From contig JAEOSK010000025.1 of NCBI GenBank assembly GCA_016840405.1, positions 1-33,728 on the forward strand: DNA of 33,728 nucleotides. Reading direction: 5' to 3'. Below are positions 1 to 9,382 of the stretch, piece after piece (the stretch's first letter is position 1; the number at the start of each line of letters is the position of its first letter). The notes beneath the pieces are model-generated. The model was not told the origin of the DNA, ran no database searches, and saw only the letters and a program-made list of their open reading frames with translations. A program made the translations under genes and the position numbers. This stretch comes from Candidatus Hermodarchaeum yapensis. Its GTDB lineage: Archaea > Asgardarchaeota > Hermodarchaeia > Hermodarchaeales > Hermodarchaeaceae.

Positions 1-552
1 GAGGTTGGTCTTGAGCCTTATCACGCTGAACGGTTTCCTCATCAATTTAGTGGGGGACAACGCCAGCGTATCGTGATCGCCCGAGCGTTATCAGTTGACC
101 CCGAATTTATTTTCGCAGATGAACCTGTAGCTTCATTAGACGTTTCTATTCGTGCTCAGATATTAAATCTGATGGTAGATCTACAGAAAAAGAAGAACTT
201 GACTTATGTGTATATCTCACACGATCTTGCTTCAGTTCGCCAGATTTGTGCGCGAGTTGTCGTCATGTATCTCGGTGAAGTTGTTGAAATTGGCCCAGTG
301 AAAACCATTTTTGAAGAATTCCAACACCATTATACTGAAGCCCTCATGAAAGCTATCCCCGTGCCAGATCCTGACCGAAAACGAGAACGTATCGTTCTGT
401 GGGGTGAAGTTCCCAGTCCAATAAATCCTCCATCGGGTTGCCGATTCCACACCCGATGCCCAGCAGTACAAGATAAATGTGCTCAAGAGAAACCTGAGTT
501 TACTAAAGGAAAGAAAGGGCACTACTACGCCTGTTGGTTTCCGGTATCCTGA
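1..552 (+). CDS. oppF: Oligopeptide/dipeptide ABC transporter ATP-binding subunit (OppF/DppF type), 5'-truncated by window edge
   Basis: Frame open from base 1: [15 protein letters not shown] (ABC signature), ADEPVASLD Walker B/D-loop, SHDL H-loop, C-terminal [19 protein letters not shown] domain. Confidence 0.92.
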   Translation, partial: EVGLEPYHAERFPHQFSGGQRQRIVIARALSVDPEFIFADEPVASLDVSIRAQILNLMVDLQKKKNLTYVYISHDLASVRQICARVVVMYLGEVVEIGPVKTIFEEFQHHYTEALMKAIPVPDPDRKRERIVLWGEVPSPINPPSGCRFHTRCPAVQDKCAQEKPEFTKGKKGHYYACWFPVS

Positions 553-613
553 CATTAATATCCTACTAGTTTGCTTTTTTTCTATGAGGCGCTTAGCACC
601 TCAAGGGTCTATT

Positions 614-1243
614 ATGAACGCAACTAAACAAGTAAACGAAGAACCAACAACAAGGAGTTGGATATCAACGTTCATAGTTTGGCTAAAAAGGGTTCCAATT
701 ACGTTCTGGATTTTTTTTCTGAATCTTTTGATGTATTGTTATACAGCAATCCTGAGCCAGAATTTTTATATCATTGATATTGGGGTACAAGAATTTTTCG
801 GGGTTTCCGGAGAGAGTTTTAATGCAGGGAGGTTTTTTGTTTTTATCACTGCGATGTTCGTTCATCAAGATCTCCTCCATTTAGGACTAAACCTTTTCTC
901 GTTGGCGGTGATTGGTTTCGTTTTTGAGACAAGAGGAGGGCGAACAAATTTCTTGATAATCTATTTTCTGGCAGGACTGACGACTAATGCTCTATCACTC
1001 ATTCTCTTTCCTCAATGGACCTTTGTTGGATCTTCTGCCGCGATTTTTGGTATTGCCGGAGCTACCATTATGCGTTTGCTACAGTCAGTCATTTTTGGTG
1101 CTCTCTTCATCTTGGCATTATTTGCCATGGCTCCACCAATGAGCTTTCTTTCACATGGTATAGGTGCAATTGTGGGAGTAGTAACAGACTATTTTCTCAG
1201 GAAGAGAACCGATAAGAATAATCAAAAAACCAGAAATCGCTGA
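614..1243 (+). CDS. Rhomboid family intramembrane serine protease
   Basis: Multi-TM; HQDLLHLGLN (HxxxxHxxxN), VGSSAAIFG (catalytic Ser, GxSx), SHGIGAIVG (catalytic His). Start placed at ATG 614 because the longer ORF overlaps the upstream gene. Confidence 0.85.
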   Translation: MNATKQVNEEPTTRSWISTFIVWLKRVPITFWIFFLNLLMYCYTAILSQNFYIIDIGVQEFFGVSGESFNAGRFFVFITAMFVHQDLLHLGLNLFSLAVIGFVFETRGGRTNFLIIYFLAGLTTNALSLILFPQWTFVGSSAAIFGIAGATIMRLLQSVIFGALFILALFAMAPPMSFLSHGIGAIVGVVTDYFLRKRTDKNNQKTRNR

Positions 1244-1319
1244 GCCTAACATTCTCTTTCTAGTAGTGACGTAATTTTGTTCGAAGTTGCGTTGTTAAAT
1301 GGAAGTAACTTGTCACATC

Positions 1320-2249
1320 TTAGATAAACACGACAGCTAAAGCCGTGAGGATTATCCCAACAAAGCAGGCAATAATTCCGATAACCGTCTTGATGTCCAG
1401 TTGTTCCTGGAGACTCCGCCATCCAATGAGAGCAGCAAACAGGGGTGTTAGGGAAGAGAGGAGGGCTGCTGATGTGGTATCCAAGAGTTGTAGAGAAAGG
1501 GCAAACCCGAGATACCCAAAGCAAAGGGCAAACAATCCCCCGATACTTAAGAATAGAATCTTTCGTTGACTTAGGGGAGCTTGTTCCTGGATTATTCGTT
1601 GTCCCACCATTAAAGGAAGGAGGATTATGAATGCAATGACTAACCGGATTACTGCAACTAAAACCAGATTTGTAGTTTGCAAGACTTCTGAAAGAAGCAG
1701 GATACTGACACTCCAACAAAGGGCCGTACCAATTGCAGCTCCGACGCCAATCCACATAGTTCGTCGGGTTCGAGTTTGATCAGTATCGGAGGAGGTTTCA
1801 AGTTGATGGCTCAGTATTGCTACACCCGCAACAGTGACAAGAGCAGCGGGAAACATCAGAAGGCTAATCGGTTGAGCAAAGAAGACTACTTGAAATACTA
1901 AGACGAAGAGAGGATAAATCGCGGTTAGAGGCACTCCTCGACTCACTCCGATATTCTGAATAGTAACAAAGTAAAGAGCATCTCCTACCACGAAGGCAAA
2001 AAGACTACTACCAAAAATTAACCAAAGCTGCCGAGAATCCAAGAATGGAATGATGTCATAAAGGTTCAAGAATAGGGCTCCGATGGCAAGAACGAAGAGT
2101 GGAGGAATAACACGGATGAGATTCGCTGTGATAGGTGATACATTTTGAGCCCCACTTTTGTAGAAGACAGCGCTAATAGCCCACGATAATGCTGCGGTCA
2201 ACGCTGCGAGGATTCCAATAATCAGCATTAGGAGTCGCCTTTCCTCCAC
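1320..2249 (-). CDS. DMT/EamA family transporter
   Basis: About 10 TM helices in two EamA repeats (AALSWA...IGVSRG..L...YPLF; ALCWS...SAALLSSLTPLFA..GWRSLQE). Confidence 0.9.
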   Translation of the reverse strand: MEERRLLMLIIGILAALTAALSWAISAVFYKSGAQNVSPITANLIRVIPPLFVLAIGALFLNLYDIIPFLDSRQLWLIFGSSLFAFVVGDALYFVTIQNIGVSRGVPLTAIYPLFVLVFQVVFFAQPISLLMFPAALVTVAGVAILSHQLETSSDTDQTRTRRTMWIGVGAAIGTALCWSVSILLLSEVLQTTNLVLVAVIRLVIAFIILLPLMVGQRIIQEQAPLSQRKILFLSIGGLFALCFGYLGFALSLQLLDTTSAALLSSLTPLFAALIGWRSLQEQLDIKTVIGIIACFVGIILTALAVVFI

Positions 2250-2329
2250 CCTTCCTCCCTTTTACCTTTATCATCGCACGCACAGACCTTTTATCCTTGA
2301 GAGACACCAGTGCGAATGGTGTTGACAAA

Positions 2330-2749
2330 ATGGTGACATACACAGCCGATATACAGGTTGAAACTCAAGGTGAACCCGACATCATCGACATCACAAAAAA
2401 AGTCGAAGAACAAGTAAAAAAGAGCGGAGTTCAGTCAGGGATTATTACGGTATTTTGTACTGGTTCAACAGGTGCGATAACCACCATTGAATACGAACCC
2501 GGATTACTCAAAGACCTTCCAGAAGCCTTTGAAAGATTTGCACCACGCGATGCTGTTTACGAACATCATCTTCGATGGCAGGACGGGAATGGACACAGCC
2601 ACGTACGAGCAAGCATCATCGGACCCAGCCTCACAATTCCGATAATTGAGGGTCGGATGCCATTAGGAACCTGGCAACAAATAGTCTTCCTGGAACTAGA
2701 TGTGCGATCACGAACTAGGCGGATAGTAATTCAAGCCCTCGGAGAATAA
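2330..2749 (+). CDS. yjbQ: YjbQ/UPF0047 family protein
   Basis: IIDIT..VE, STGAITTIEYEPGL..D, NGHSHVRAS, LGTWQQIVFLELD signature motifs. Confidence 0.93.
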   Translation: MVTYTADIQVETQGEPDIIDITKKVEEQVKKSGVQSGIITVFCTGSTGAITTIEYEPGLLKDLPEAFERFAPRDAVYEHHLRWQDGNGHSHVRASIIGPSLTIPIIEGRMPLGTWQQIVFLELDVRSRTRRIVIQALGE

Positions 2750-2760
2750 TTCCCTCCGAA

Positions 2761-3534
2761 CTATTTCTGTCCTTTAGCCAGGTAGATGCCCTGAGGATCC
2801 AACCCACGTAATTTTTCAAGTTCATGTTTTGTTGGTTCAGCCGTTATGGGTACATCTTTTCCAATACTGAGATCGAACATGACGTTTTCCTTTACCCAGT
2901 CCACTGTTACTCCTGGATGTACCGATTTCAGGCGAATCCGCTTTGAATCTGGATCGAAATCCATTTGACATTTATCTGTCACAACTAATGAAGGCCCGCC
3001 CCCAATCAACCCAAGTTTTTCTCGACTTCCTGGTCCAGATAGATGCCCTGGGCTTGTCAGGTAATCTAATTTTTTCACAAATTTTCGGGCATCATGGGTA
3101 AACATGAGGATGATTCGTCCTGCTGAGCTCGCAATATCATTCCCTCCACCACTCCCTGGAAGGCGAACCTTAGGGGCGTCAAAGTCACCGATATATGATG
3201 TGTTGATGTTCCCAAATTCATCGATCTGTGCCGCACCGAGAAACCCCACATCGACTTTTCCTCCCATCATCAAGAATCCCAATGTCTCAATAAGTCCGAT
3301 TGAAGCAGCCGCACGATAACCAAGGCGGGAATCCGCGACTGATAGTGCAAGGTCCTTATTCTGGGTATCAACATTTCCTCCCTCATAGATGATAATTGCA
3401 TTGGGAGCATGGGTGACTTTGGCAAGCATAGCACCCAAGACAGGAAGCCCGGTTCCAGCGAACACACGTTCGCCATCCTTCACCGCATGAGCTCCACAAA
3501 CAGCCATCATTTCTGTTGAAGTATACTCTACCAT
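2761..3534 (-). CDS. gctB: Family I CoA-transferase beta subunit (glutaconate CoA-transferase-like)
   Basis: FAGTGLP, IYEGG (catalytic Glu position), GFLGAAQIDEFGNIN, RLPGSGGGNDIAS; SD GAGGTG upstream of ATG 3534. Confidence 0.88.
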   Translation of the reverse strand: MVEYTSTEMMAVCGAHAVKDGERVFAGTGLPVLGAMLAKVTHAPNAIIIYEGGNVDTQNKDLALSVADSRLGYRAAASIGLIETLGFLMMGGKVDVGFLGAAQIDEFGNINTSYIGDFDAPKVRLPGSGGGNDIASSAGRIILMFTHDARKFVKKLDYLTSPGHLSGPGSREKLGLIGGGPSLVVTDKCQMDFDPDSKRIRLKSVHPGVTVDWVKENVMFDLSIGKDVPITAEPTKHELEKLRGLDPQGIYLAKGQK

Positions 3535-3544
3535 CTTCTTCACC

Positions 3545-4456
3545 TCAATATCCAAACTCTGGATCTGCACGTAGCTCCTTCAACCGTTTAGCTCCAATTT
3601 TCTTCAGTAACCCCTTGTGATTGCCAACATCGAGAATCCATTCGTTCATGTATTCTTGCCACCCTTCCTCAGTCTTACACATCTGCATATACATCTGAAG
3701 ATGCGGCAGGTCATAGTCATAGAGCCCATATACTTGCATTGGCCAACTTCCAAAGGGCACTTCCACGACATAATCAACATAAAGCCCGGGAATGGCCGTT
3801 AGGTCAGGAGCCCGACGAATTTCTTCATTTGAAATGATTTCTTCAGCACAGACAATCGTAGTTTTAGACCCTCGGACGATTTCGTTATCTTCCCCTTTGA
3901 TTCCATAAAGCTGTACATTCCCTTGCATATCCGCTTTCTGGGCACAAATCACACCGAAATCCGCTTGAACAGAGGGTAGTAACACAACGGGATTTCCAGT
4001 GAAAGGACAATCGATGACCTTGGCTTTGTCCTTGCGAAGTTGTGTTTTTTCTAGCATGTCTGATCCAATCATATGGCGAATTGGCATAAAGGGGACATTC
4101 AGTGCCCCACCTAGAAATCGTAATGCCATTGCCAAATTGGAATAGTCCTCAAATTTGACCTTCCCCTCTTTGATTCGACGACGCAAGTTAGGGGCAAGTC
4201 CTAAAGCTTCAATGGCGAAAAATGCCACTTCGTATTCCAGACACACTTCCGCTCCAGTTAGAATATCTAAATCATGTTCACTGCCACATGTGTAAATTCT
4301 CAAGTTTCGTTTCTTTTGGCGGATGAGTTCCATTGCAAAAGCTTCAGGCGGGCGTTGATAACCAAATCCGCCCCAGGCTATGTGTGCACCATCATGGACC
4401 TTCTTCACTGCTTCTTCCAAGGTAATCCGCTTGTCTTCTACTGTTGGTTCTATCAT
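3545..4456 (-). CDS. gctA: Family I CoA-transferase alpha subunit (glutaconate CoA-transferase-like)
   Basis: GGF..R.P, EDYSN..MALRFLGGALNVPFMP, GSD, CPFTG, AQKAD..GN, VVEVPFGSWP; directly upstream of beta subunit. Confidence 0.88.
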   Translation of the reverse strand: MIEPTVEDKRITLEEAVKKVHDGAHIAWGGFGYQRPPEAFAMELIRQKKRNLRIYTCGSEHDLDILTGAEVCLEYEVAFFAIEALGLAPNLRRRIKEGKVKFEDYSNLAMALRFLGGALNVPFMPIRHMIGSDMLEKTQLRKDKAKVIDCPFTGNPVVLLPSVQADFGVICAQKADMQGNVQLYGIKGEDNEIVRGSKTTIVCAEEIISNEEIRRAPDLTAIPGLYVDYVVEVPFGSWPMQVYGLYDYDLPHLQMYMQMCKTEEGWQEYMNEWILDVGNHKGLLKKIGAKRLKELRADPEFGY

Positions 4457-4628
4457 GTTGCAACCACCAGGGGAAAATTGACTTGCACTATTGGCGGTGA
4501 ATGGTGGTAAAAAGGCTTGCTTCGTTGAAAGTCTAGTATTCAATGACTATTTGTTAAATGGCACTAACTTATCAATTTAAAAACCAGATAATCCTATTAG
4601 TGTCTCAGTAGGCTTTGGAGATACGAGG

Positions 4629-5090
4629 TTGGGCCAACGTAAGCGGGAAAATGACATCCTCAAAAAGAGGGATACCACTACTCCGCCCCCTAAAAGCAAT
4701 AGAGTTGATCGGCACCTCCGAGCCTTACACTACAAAGCTGCCGGGAAACGTCGTCAAGCGGCCACCACCTTGGGGAAGTTGGGAGACCCACGCGCTGTCG
4801 AACCACTCATTAATGCCCTTCAAGATTCAGCCTTTGGTGTTCGACGGTGTGCAGCCCTGTCCTTAGGATTACTTGGAGATCGTCGAGCAGTTGATCCTCT
4901 TATCAAAGCTCTCAGGGACCGGAATAAGACCGTACGAGAAGAAGCCGCGTTAGCCCTTGGACTTCTTGGTGATCCACGAGCGATAACTCCTCTTAATCAG
5001 ACTTTACGAGATACAGATGAAACGGTTAGAAAACGAGCCGTGTTAGCCTTGTTATTACTTGGTGAAAAACAAGAAGAAGCACTATCATAA
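4629..5090 (+). CDS. HEAT/PBS-lyase repeat protein
   Basis: Three to four tandem R..AA..LG.LGD.RAV.PL..AL.D repeats; basic N-terminal tail. Confidence 0.85.
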   Translation: MGQRKRENDILKKRDTTTPPPKSNRVDRHLRALHYKAAGKRRQAATTLGKLGDPRAVEPLINALQDSAFGVRRCAALSLGLLGDRRAVDPLIKALRDRNKTVREEAALALGLLGDPRAITPLNQTLRDTDETVRKRAVLALLLLGEKQEEALS

Positions 5091-5127
5091 ACTTATACCC
5101 AGAGCATTTCATTACATGTATAGGGTT

Positions 5128-6552
5128 TTAGCGTTTGAGTTTAGCTTGAAGGACATCTTCGACTGTGAAGACTTCGATGATATTGGTTTTTCCTGGGACT
5201 AATGGGGAGGCGCGGACTACGATAAGGCGTTCTTTTGAAGAGATGACTTGATCTTTGTGTAGTTGTTTGAGGATTGTTAAGAGAAGCTCATCTAAGTTTT
5301 CGTGATGTTTGACGAGAATGCTTTCAGTTCCCCAAAGTAATTTCATTTGTCGGTGAACCCGGGGATGCGGAGTACTGGCAATTATGCGCACTGGAGGTCG
5401 ATACTTGGAAACCATACGCGCTGAATATCCAGCCATAGTAAAGACGAGAACGGTTCGAACCTCCAAGTTTTTAGCAATGGTCACCAATGCCCGACCCAAT
5501 TCCTCAGCAACCAAATATTTCCCCGAGTCATAATAGGACAAATCACGTTGAGGGAAAGAGGGAATGACAGAGCACCCAATAGTTTCCATCACTCGAACGG
5601 CTGCCACGGGATGCTTTCCTACTGCGGTTTCTGCGGAGAGCATCACCGCATCCGCTCCATCGAGAATCGCATTGGCCACATCACTTGTTTCAGCTCGTGT
5701 TGGACGTGAATTTCGAACCATGGATTCGAGCATCTGAGTTGCAACAATAACTGGTTTACCAGCTTGGTTACACTTCCGGACAATCTCCTTTTGCAGGAGG
5801 GGAACTTGCTCAGGAGGAATTTCCACTCCTAAATCTCCACGAGCCACCATAACACCGTGGCTTACATCAAGGATAGCATCAAAGTTATTGATGCCCATTT
5901 TGTGTTCAATTTTTGAAATCATGGGCATATCGATGCCTTCATTCCGAAGGAAATTACTCACCTTTTCTACTTCGCTAGCCCGTTTCACTGCAGATACAGC
6001 CACAAAATCAGGTTGAAGGTCAGCGATAACCTTCAGGTGTTCCATATCTTGGATAGTTGGGACTTCTATTCCCAAATCAACCCCCGGAACATTCACTCCT
6101 TTGTTACTGCTAATTTCACCGCCAGTTACAATCGTGCAGAAAATCTCGTTACCTTTGATCTTATCGACGTGAAGTTCAATGATTCCGTCATTTACGAAGA
6201 TGCTCTGGCCTGCATCAATTGCCTTAGGTAACGTCTTCCACGAAACAGACACGCGAGTGGCATCACCTTCAATTTCCTTTGTGGTCAATGTGATGTGATC
6301 ACCATCATTTAACATGACGACCTGCGCCATTTCACCGATCCGAACACGGGGACCCTCTAAATCCATGATAATTGGTCTATTTGGTAGATGTTTTCGAATA
6401 CGTTGGAATCGGTCACGATGCTCATCGAGTGTCCCGTGGGAGAGATTCAACCGTAAAACGTCCATTCCCGCCTGCGCCATCTGAAGGAGTGTCTCACTAC
6501 TTTCACAGGCAGGTCCAATCGTGCAGACGATTTTTGAACGAGTAGGAATCAT
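5128..6552 (-). CDS. pyk: Pyruvate kinase
   Basis: KIVCTIGPA, RLNLSHG, DLEGP, SKIE, VMVARGDLGVEIP, ATQMLESM, PTRAETSDVANAILDGADAVMLSAETA. Confidence 0.98.
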   Translation of the reverse strand: MIPTRSKIVCTIGPACESSETLLQMAQAGMDVLRLNLSHGTLDEHRDRFQRIRKHLPNRPIIMDLEGPRVRIGEMAQVVMLNDGDHITLTTKEIEGDATRVSVSWKTLPKAIDAGQSIFVNDGIIELHVDKIKGNEIFCTIVTGGEISSNKGVNVPGVDLGIEVPTIQDMEHLKVIADLQPDFVAVSAVKRASEVEKVSNFLRNEGIDMPMISKIEHKMGINNFDAILDVSHGVMVARGDLGVEIPPEQVPLLQKEIVRKCNQAGKPVIVATQMLESMVRNSRPTRAETSDVANAILDGADAVMLSAETAVGKHPVAAVRVMETIGCSVIPSFPQRDLSYYDSGKYLVAEELGRALVTIAKNLEVRTVLVFTMAGYSARMVSKYRPPVRIIASTPHPRVHRQMKLLWGTESILVKHHENLDELLLTILKQLHKDQVISSKERLIVVRASPLVPGKTNIIEVFTVEDVLQAKLKR

Positions 6553-6728
6553 GTATTAGTCACCTGTTCTCCAAACCTCATCATTGTTGAATCCCTCGCA
6601 GAGGTGCTATTTAGTCTTGCCCTTCAAAATTGAAGGAAATAAGATGCAAGAAAGCCCTTATCTTTTTGATAATAGAACCTTCGTGACGTTTATAACGGAA
6701 GGACCTGCAGAGGAACAGCTGAGCCACC

Positions 6729-7013
6729 ATGTTTGTCACGGTTCGATACCTCAGCGTCATTCGGGAGATTACGGGAACCCGAGAAGAGGTCATCGAAATC
6801 AGTGATGGAGGAACCGTGGATGATATTCTCCAAACCCTCTCCCGGAAATATGGGAAAGCGTTTCAGCGGATGATACGTTCTGGACGAGATCTCCGTGGAT
6901 TGAAAATCATCTATTTTATTGATGGCAAAAACATTGAGAACCTGGATGGCTTTAAAACTCCGGTTCATAATGAGAGTGAATTGGTGCTCATTCCCCCGGT
7001 TGCCGGTGGATAA
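6729..7013 (+). CDS. MoaD/ThiS/SAMP family ubiquitin-like (beta-grasp) protein
   Basis: 94 aa, ends PPVAGG; TTTATAA TATA-like box at 6689-6695. Confidence 0.9.
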   Translation: MFVTVRYLSVIREITGTREEVIEISDGGTVDDILQTLSRKYGKAFQRMIRSGRDLRGLKIIYFIDGKNIENLDGFKTPVHNESELVLIPPVAGG

Positions 7014-7018
7014 AATCT

Positions 7019-7963
7019 TTACATTAAACTAGCTGGGCTATCATAATGATGAGCCTCAGTGTGCACTCTTTCAATAAGGCTCGTTTCGAAAACTTCGGAT
7101 TCAGTTAGACTTCGTTTGATGTAACCCATCTCTTGGAGAACAGGAATAAAATCTAATGTGGATTTGATATACTCAGGTGGCAAGCTAGCACAATATTTTG
7201 GAGAGACTTTGAACACCTGTTGTAAGAATTCTCGTTTAACGATAGCGATTTCCTTCACAGCAAGTTCAGCTGCTTTAGAGGGTTTTTCACGGATTAGGTT
7301 GCAGGCATCTTCGTGTATTCTAAGAAAGCCTTCGATGAGTTCTGGTTTTTCACTAATCATTGTTTGTGTGGCTATAATTCCGTAACTGGGATTATAAGGC
7401 CAAATGGAACTCGGGGGCAAAACAAGAGGAGCATTGAGATACCGATTAGCGAGAACCGCTAGGGGCGGAGTTCCACAGCCTCCAGCAACTTTCTTGTCTT
7501 CCATAGCTTCTAAAATAAAGTCAGCCCAGGTGAAATTTTCTATTATAACAGAATCTCCTAATCCTGTATCTGCAACCAGTTTTCGGATGATGACATCATG
7601 AATCGAACCGCGTGTGGGTGTCCCTATCTTCCTACCGATAAATTGCTCTAAGGTCTCCTTAACGGATCCCAAAACCGTGATGGGCTGAAATTCGGGAAGC
7701 GCGGTTACAACTGTCCCTTCGACATGACCTCCTCCCACACATTTGATGTCTAAACCTTGTTCCATTCCAATCATTGCTGGTGGAAGACCGATATAACCGA
7801 TATCCAATTCACCCTTCTGAAACGCTTGCACCATGGCAGGTCCAGTGGGAAAAAGGCTCCAGTCGGCCTTGACCTTCATTTTCTCCTGAACCCAGCGACC
7901 ACCCATTAAGATAAAGGCTGTATGGTAGGCCGTAGAAAGGTGGCCAATGCGAAGTTCTTTCAT
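7019..7963 (-). CDS. NitT/TauT (SsuA/THI5-like) substrate-binding-fold protein lacking a signal peptide
   Basis: LRIGHL, FPTGPAMVQAFQKGELDIGYIGLPPA, GRKIGTPTRGSIHD, A..LIREKP..AA. Confidence 0.82.
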   Translation of the reverse strand: MKELRIGHLSTAYHTAFILMGGRWVQEKMKVKADWSLFPTGPAMVQAFQKGELDIGYIGLPPAMIGMEQGLDIKCVGGGHVEGTVVTALPEFQPITVLGSVKETLEQFIGRKIGTPTRGSIHDVIIRKLVADTGLGDSVIIENFTWADFILEAMEDKKVAGGCGTPPLAVLANRYLNAPLVLPPSSIWPYNPSYGIIATQTMISEKPELIEGFLRIHEDACNLIREKPSKAAELAVKEIAIVKREFLQQVFKVSPKYCASLPPEYIKSTLDFIPVLQEMGYIKRSLTESEVFETSLIERVHTEAHHYDSPASLM

Positions 7964-8008
7964 GACAACAGGTCTTCTCTTCTTTACGCCACTTAATTGC
8001 TCCTATTG

Positions 8009-9154
8009 CTAGAATGTCCAGAATCCAAGAACTGCTAAAATCCAGCGTCCGAAAAGCGCTAGAAAGAGAATGAGATAGGTGACCGTAATGTCCCAGTACG
8101 CAGAACGGCCTTTTCGAAATGGTAGCCAAAAGTAGGCGAACACCAGAACAAGGACAAAGTAGCTGATTATGATTAAGGTGAGTCCAATGACCTCTAGGGC
8201 GCGATAGAAACCTAAAATCACCCCGATTAGTGTGATCCCATAGAAATGATGAGCAATATACGAAATTAAAGCAATCTGCCCATTCACTTCTATGAACCGA
8301 CTCGCTAGATTCCACCAGCCCCACAAGTCTACTGTGGTTACGACACTCGCAACTGCAAATAATGCCATTCCAGTTGACAGAAATAGGAAGCCACTTGTTA
8401 GGGGGTATTGAGTAACCGGGTCACTAAACAGAACTAGTAAGGGAAGAACCAACAGGCACATGCTCCCTCCAACAATCAGTGAGCTATAGACAAGGCGTTG
8501 AGGATTAGAGGGACGTTCAATAAAGAATTCTCCAAGAATCGTTCCAATAATTGGACAGGCTAGCCAAGGAAAAATTGGTGCTTTACCTGTAGCAATGATT
8601 GCTGACAAATGATCAAACAACGTAGATGGTGGTGCATACTGAATGTTTCCAACAGTTCCAACCACCACATCATAATTCAGCCAATCTTGAACAATAGGCA
8701 TCAACGCAATGAAGATGATAGGAAGGATGAGTCGATACCGCCAAGGAATAAACAAGACTATTTGGCAAATGATGAGAGAGAAACCGATAAGCTGGAGAAT
8801 ACTCCAATCAAGCCACCAAACAGGACCAAAGAATGTTATCGCAAAGAGGTAGCCTGAACCCATAATAAGCACGCCCCGAATAAACACCCACTGCCAGATA
8901 GTTTTCTTAGATGCACCCTTCTTCTGCATTTGGTGATTGGTCAACACAACTCCAATTCCAGCAACAATATAGAAGAGCGGAGCAGGAATTATTCCGAAGA
9001 AGAGAATAGCCGCAGCAACCGGAGAATGATAACCACCACCCACAAAAGTTTGACCAAAATGATTGATTACCATAAAGACAAGCGCCACACCACGAAGAAC
9101 GTCAACTGACCGGATCCGGCTATTCTGTTCAGCAAATGATGCAGCTTCGACCAT
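8009..9154 (-). CDS. DUF1624 / HGSNAT-like membrane acyltransferase family protein
   Basis: RIRSVDVLRGVALVFMVINH, PLF....G, RG, ILQLIG, PIFPW, G..AL..Y..HH; about 10 TM. Confidence 0.85.
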   Translation of the reverse strand: MVEAASFAEQNSRIRSVDVLRGVALVFMVINHFGQTFVGGGYHSPVAAAILFFGIIPAPLFYIVAGIGVVLTNHQMQKKGASKKTIWQWVFIRGVLIMGSGYLFAITFFGPVWWLDWSILQLIGFSLIICQIVLFIPWRYRLILPIIFIALMPIVQDWLNYDVVVGTVGNIQYAPPSTLFDHLSAIIATGKAPIFPWLACPIIGTILGEFFIERPSNPQRLVYSSLIVGGSMCLLVLPLLVLFSDPVTQYPLTSGFLFLSTGMALFAVASVVTTVDLWGWWNLASRFIEVNGQIALISYIAHHFYGITLIGVILGFYRALEVIGLTLIIISYFVLVLVFAYFWLPFRKGRSAYWDITVTYLILFLALFGRWILAVLGFWTF

Positions 9155-9382
9155 TATGATGTCACCATTTCAAGGAGATACGAAGAGTGTTTCGAGATGC
9201 TACCGGATACGCTCAAATATAAAAAGCATGCAAGAAATTCTCAATAAACCGCGAATTTGTATATTTGAAGCTCTCATCTCCCAAAGGCTAATAATACCTC
9301 AAAATGAGAGGAGAAGGTAACTGGGGAAGCACCCATTTCGGAGAGACACACCTAACCTCATAACAGAGGGGGTAAATACATA

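Noticed and set aside
1246-1755. 169-aa alternate-frame ORF overlapping the DMT gene
   Set aside because: Almost fully overlaps a clear EamA gene; composition not protein-like
4750-5060. DNA-level periodicity in HEAT and pentapeptide genes (also 9630-9900)
   Set aside because: Explained by protein repeats; not CRISPR or a separate repeat element
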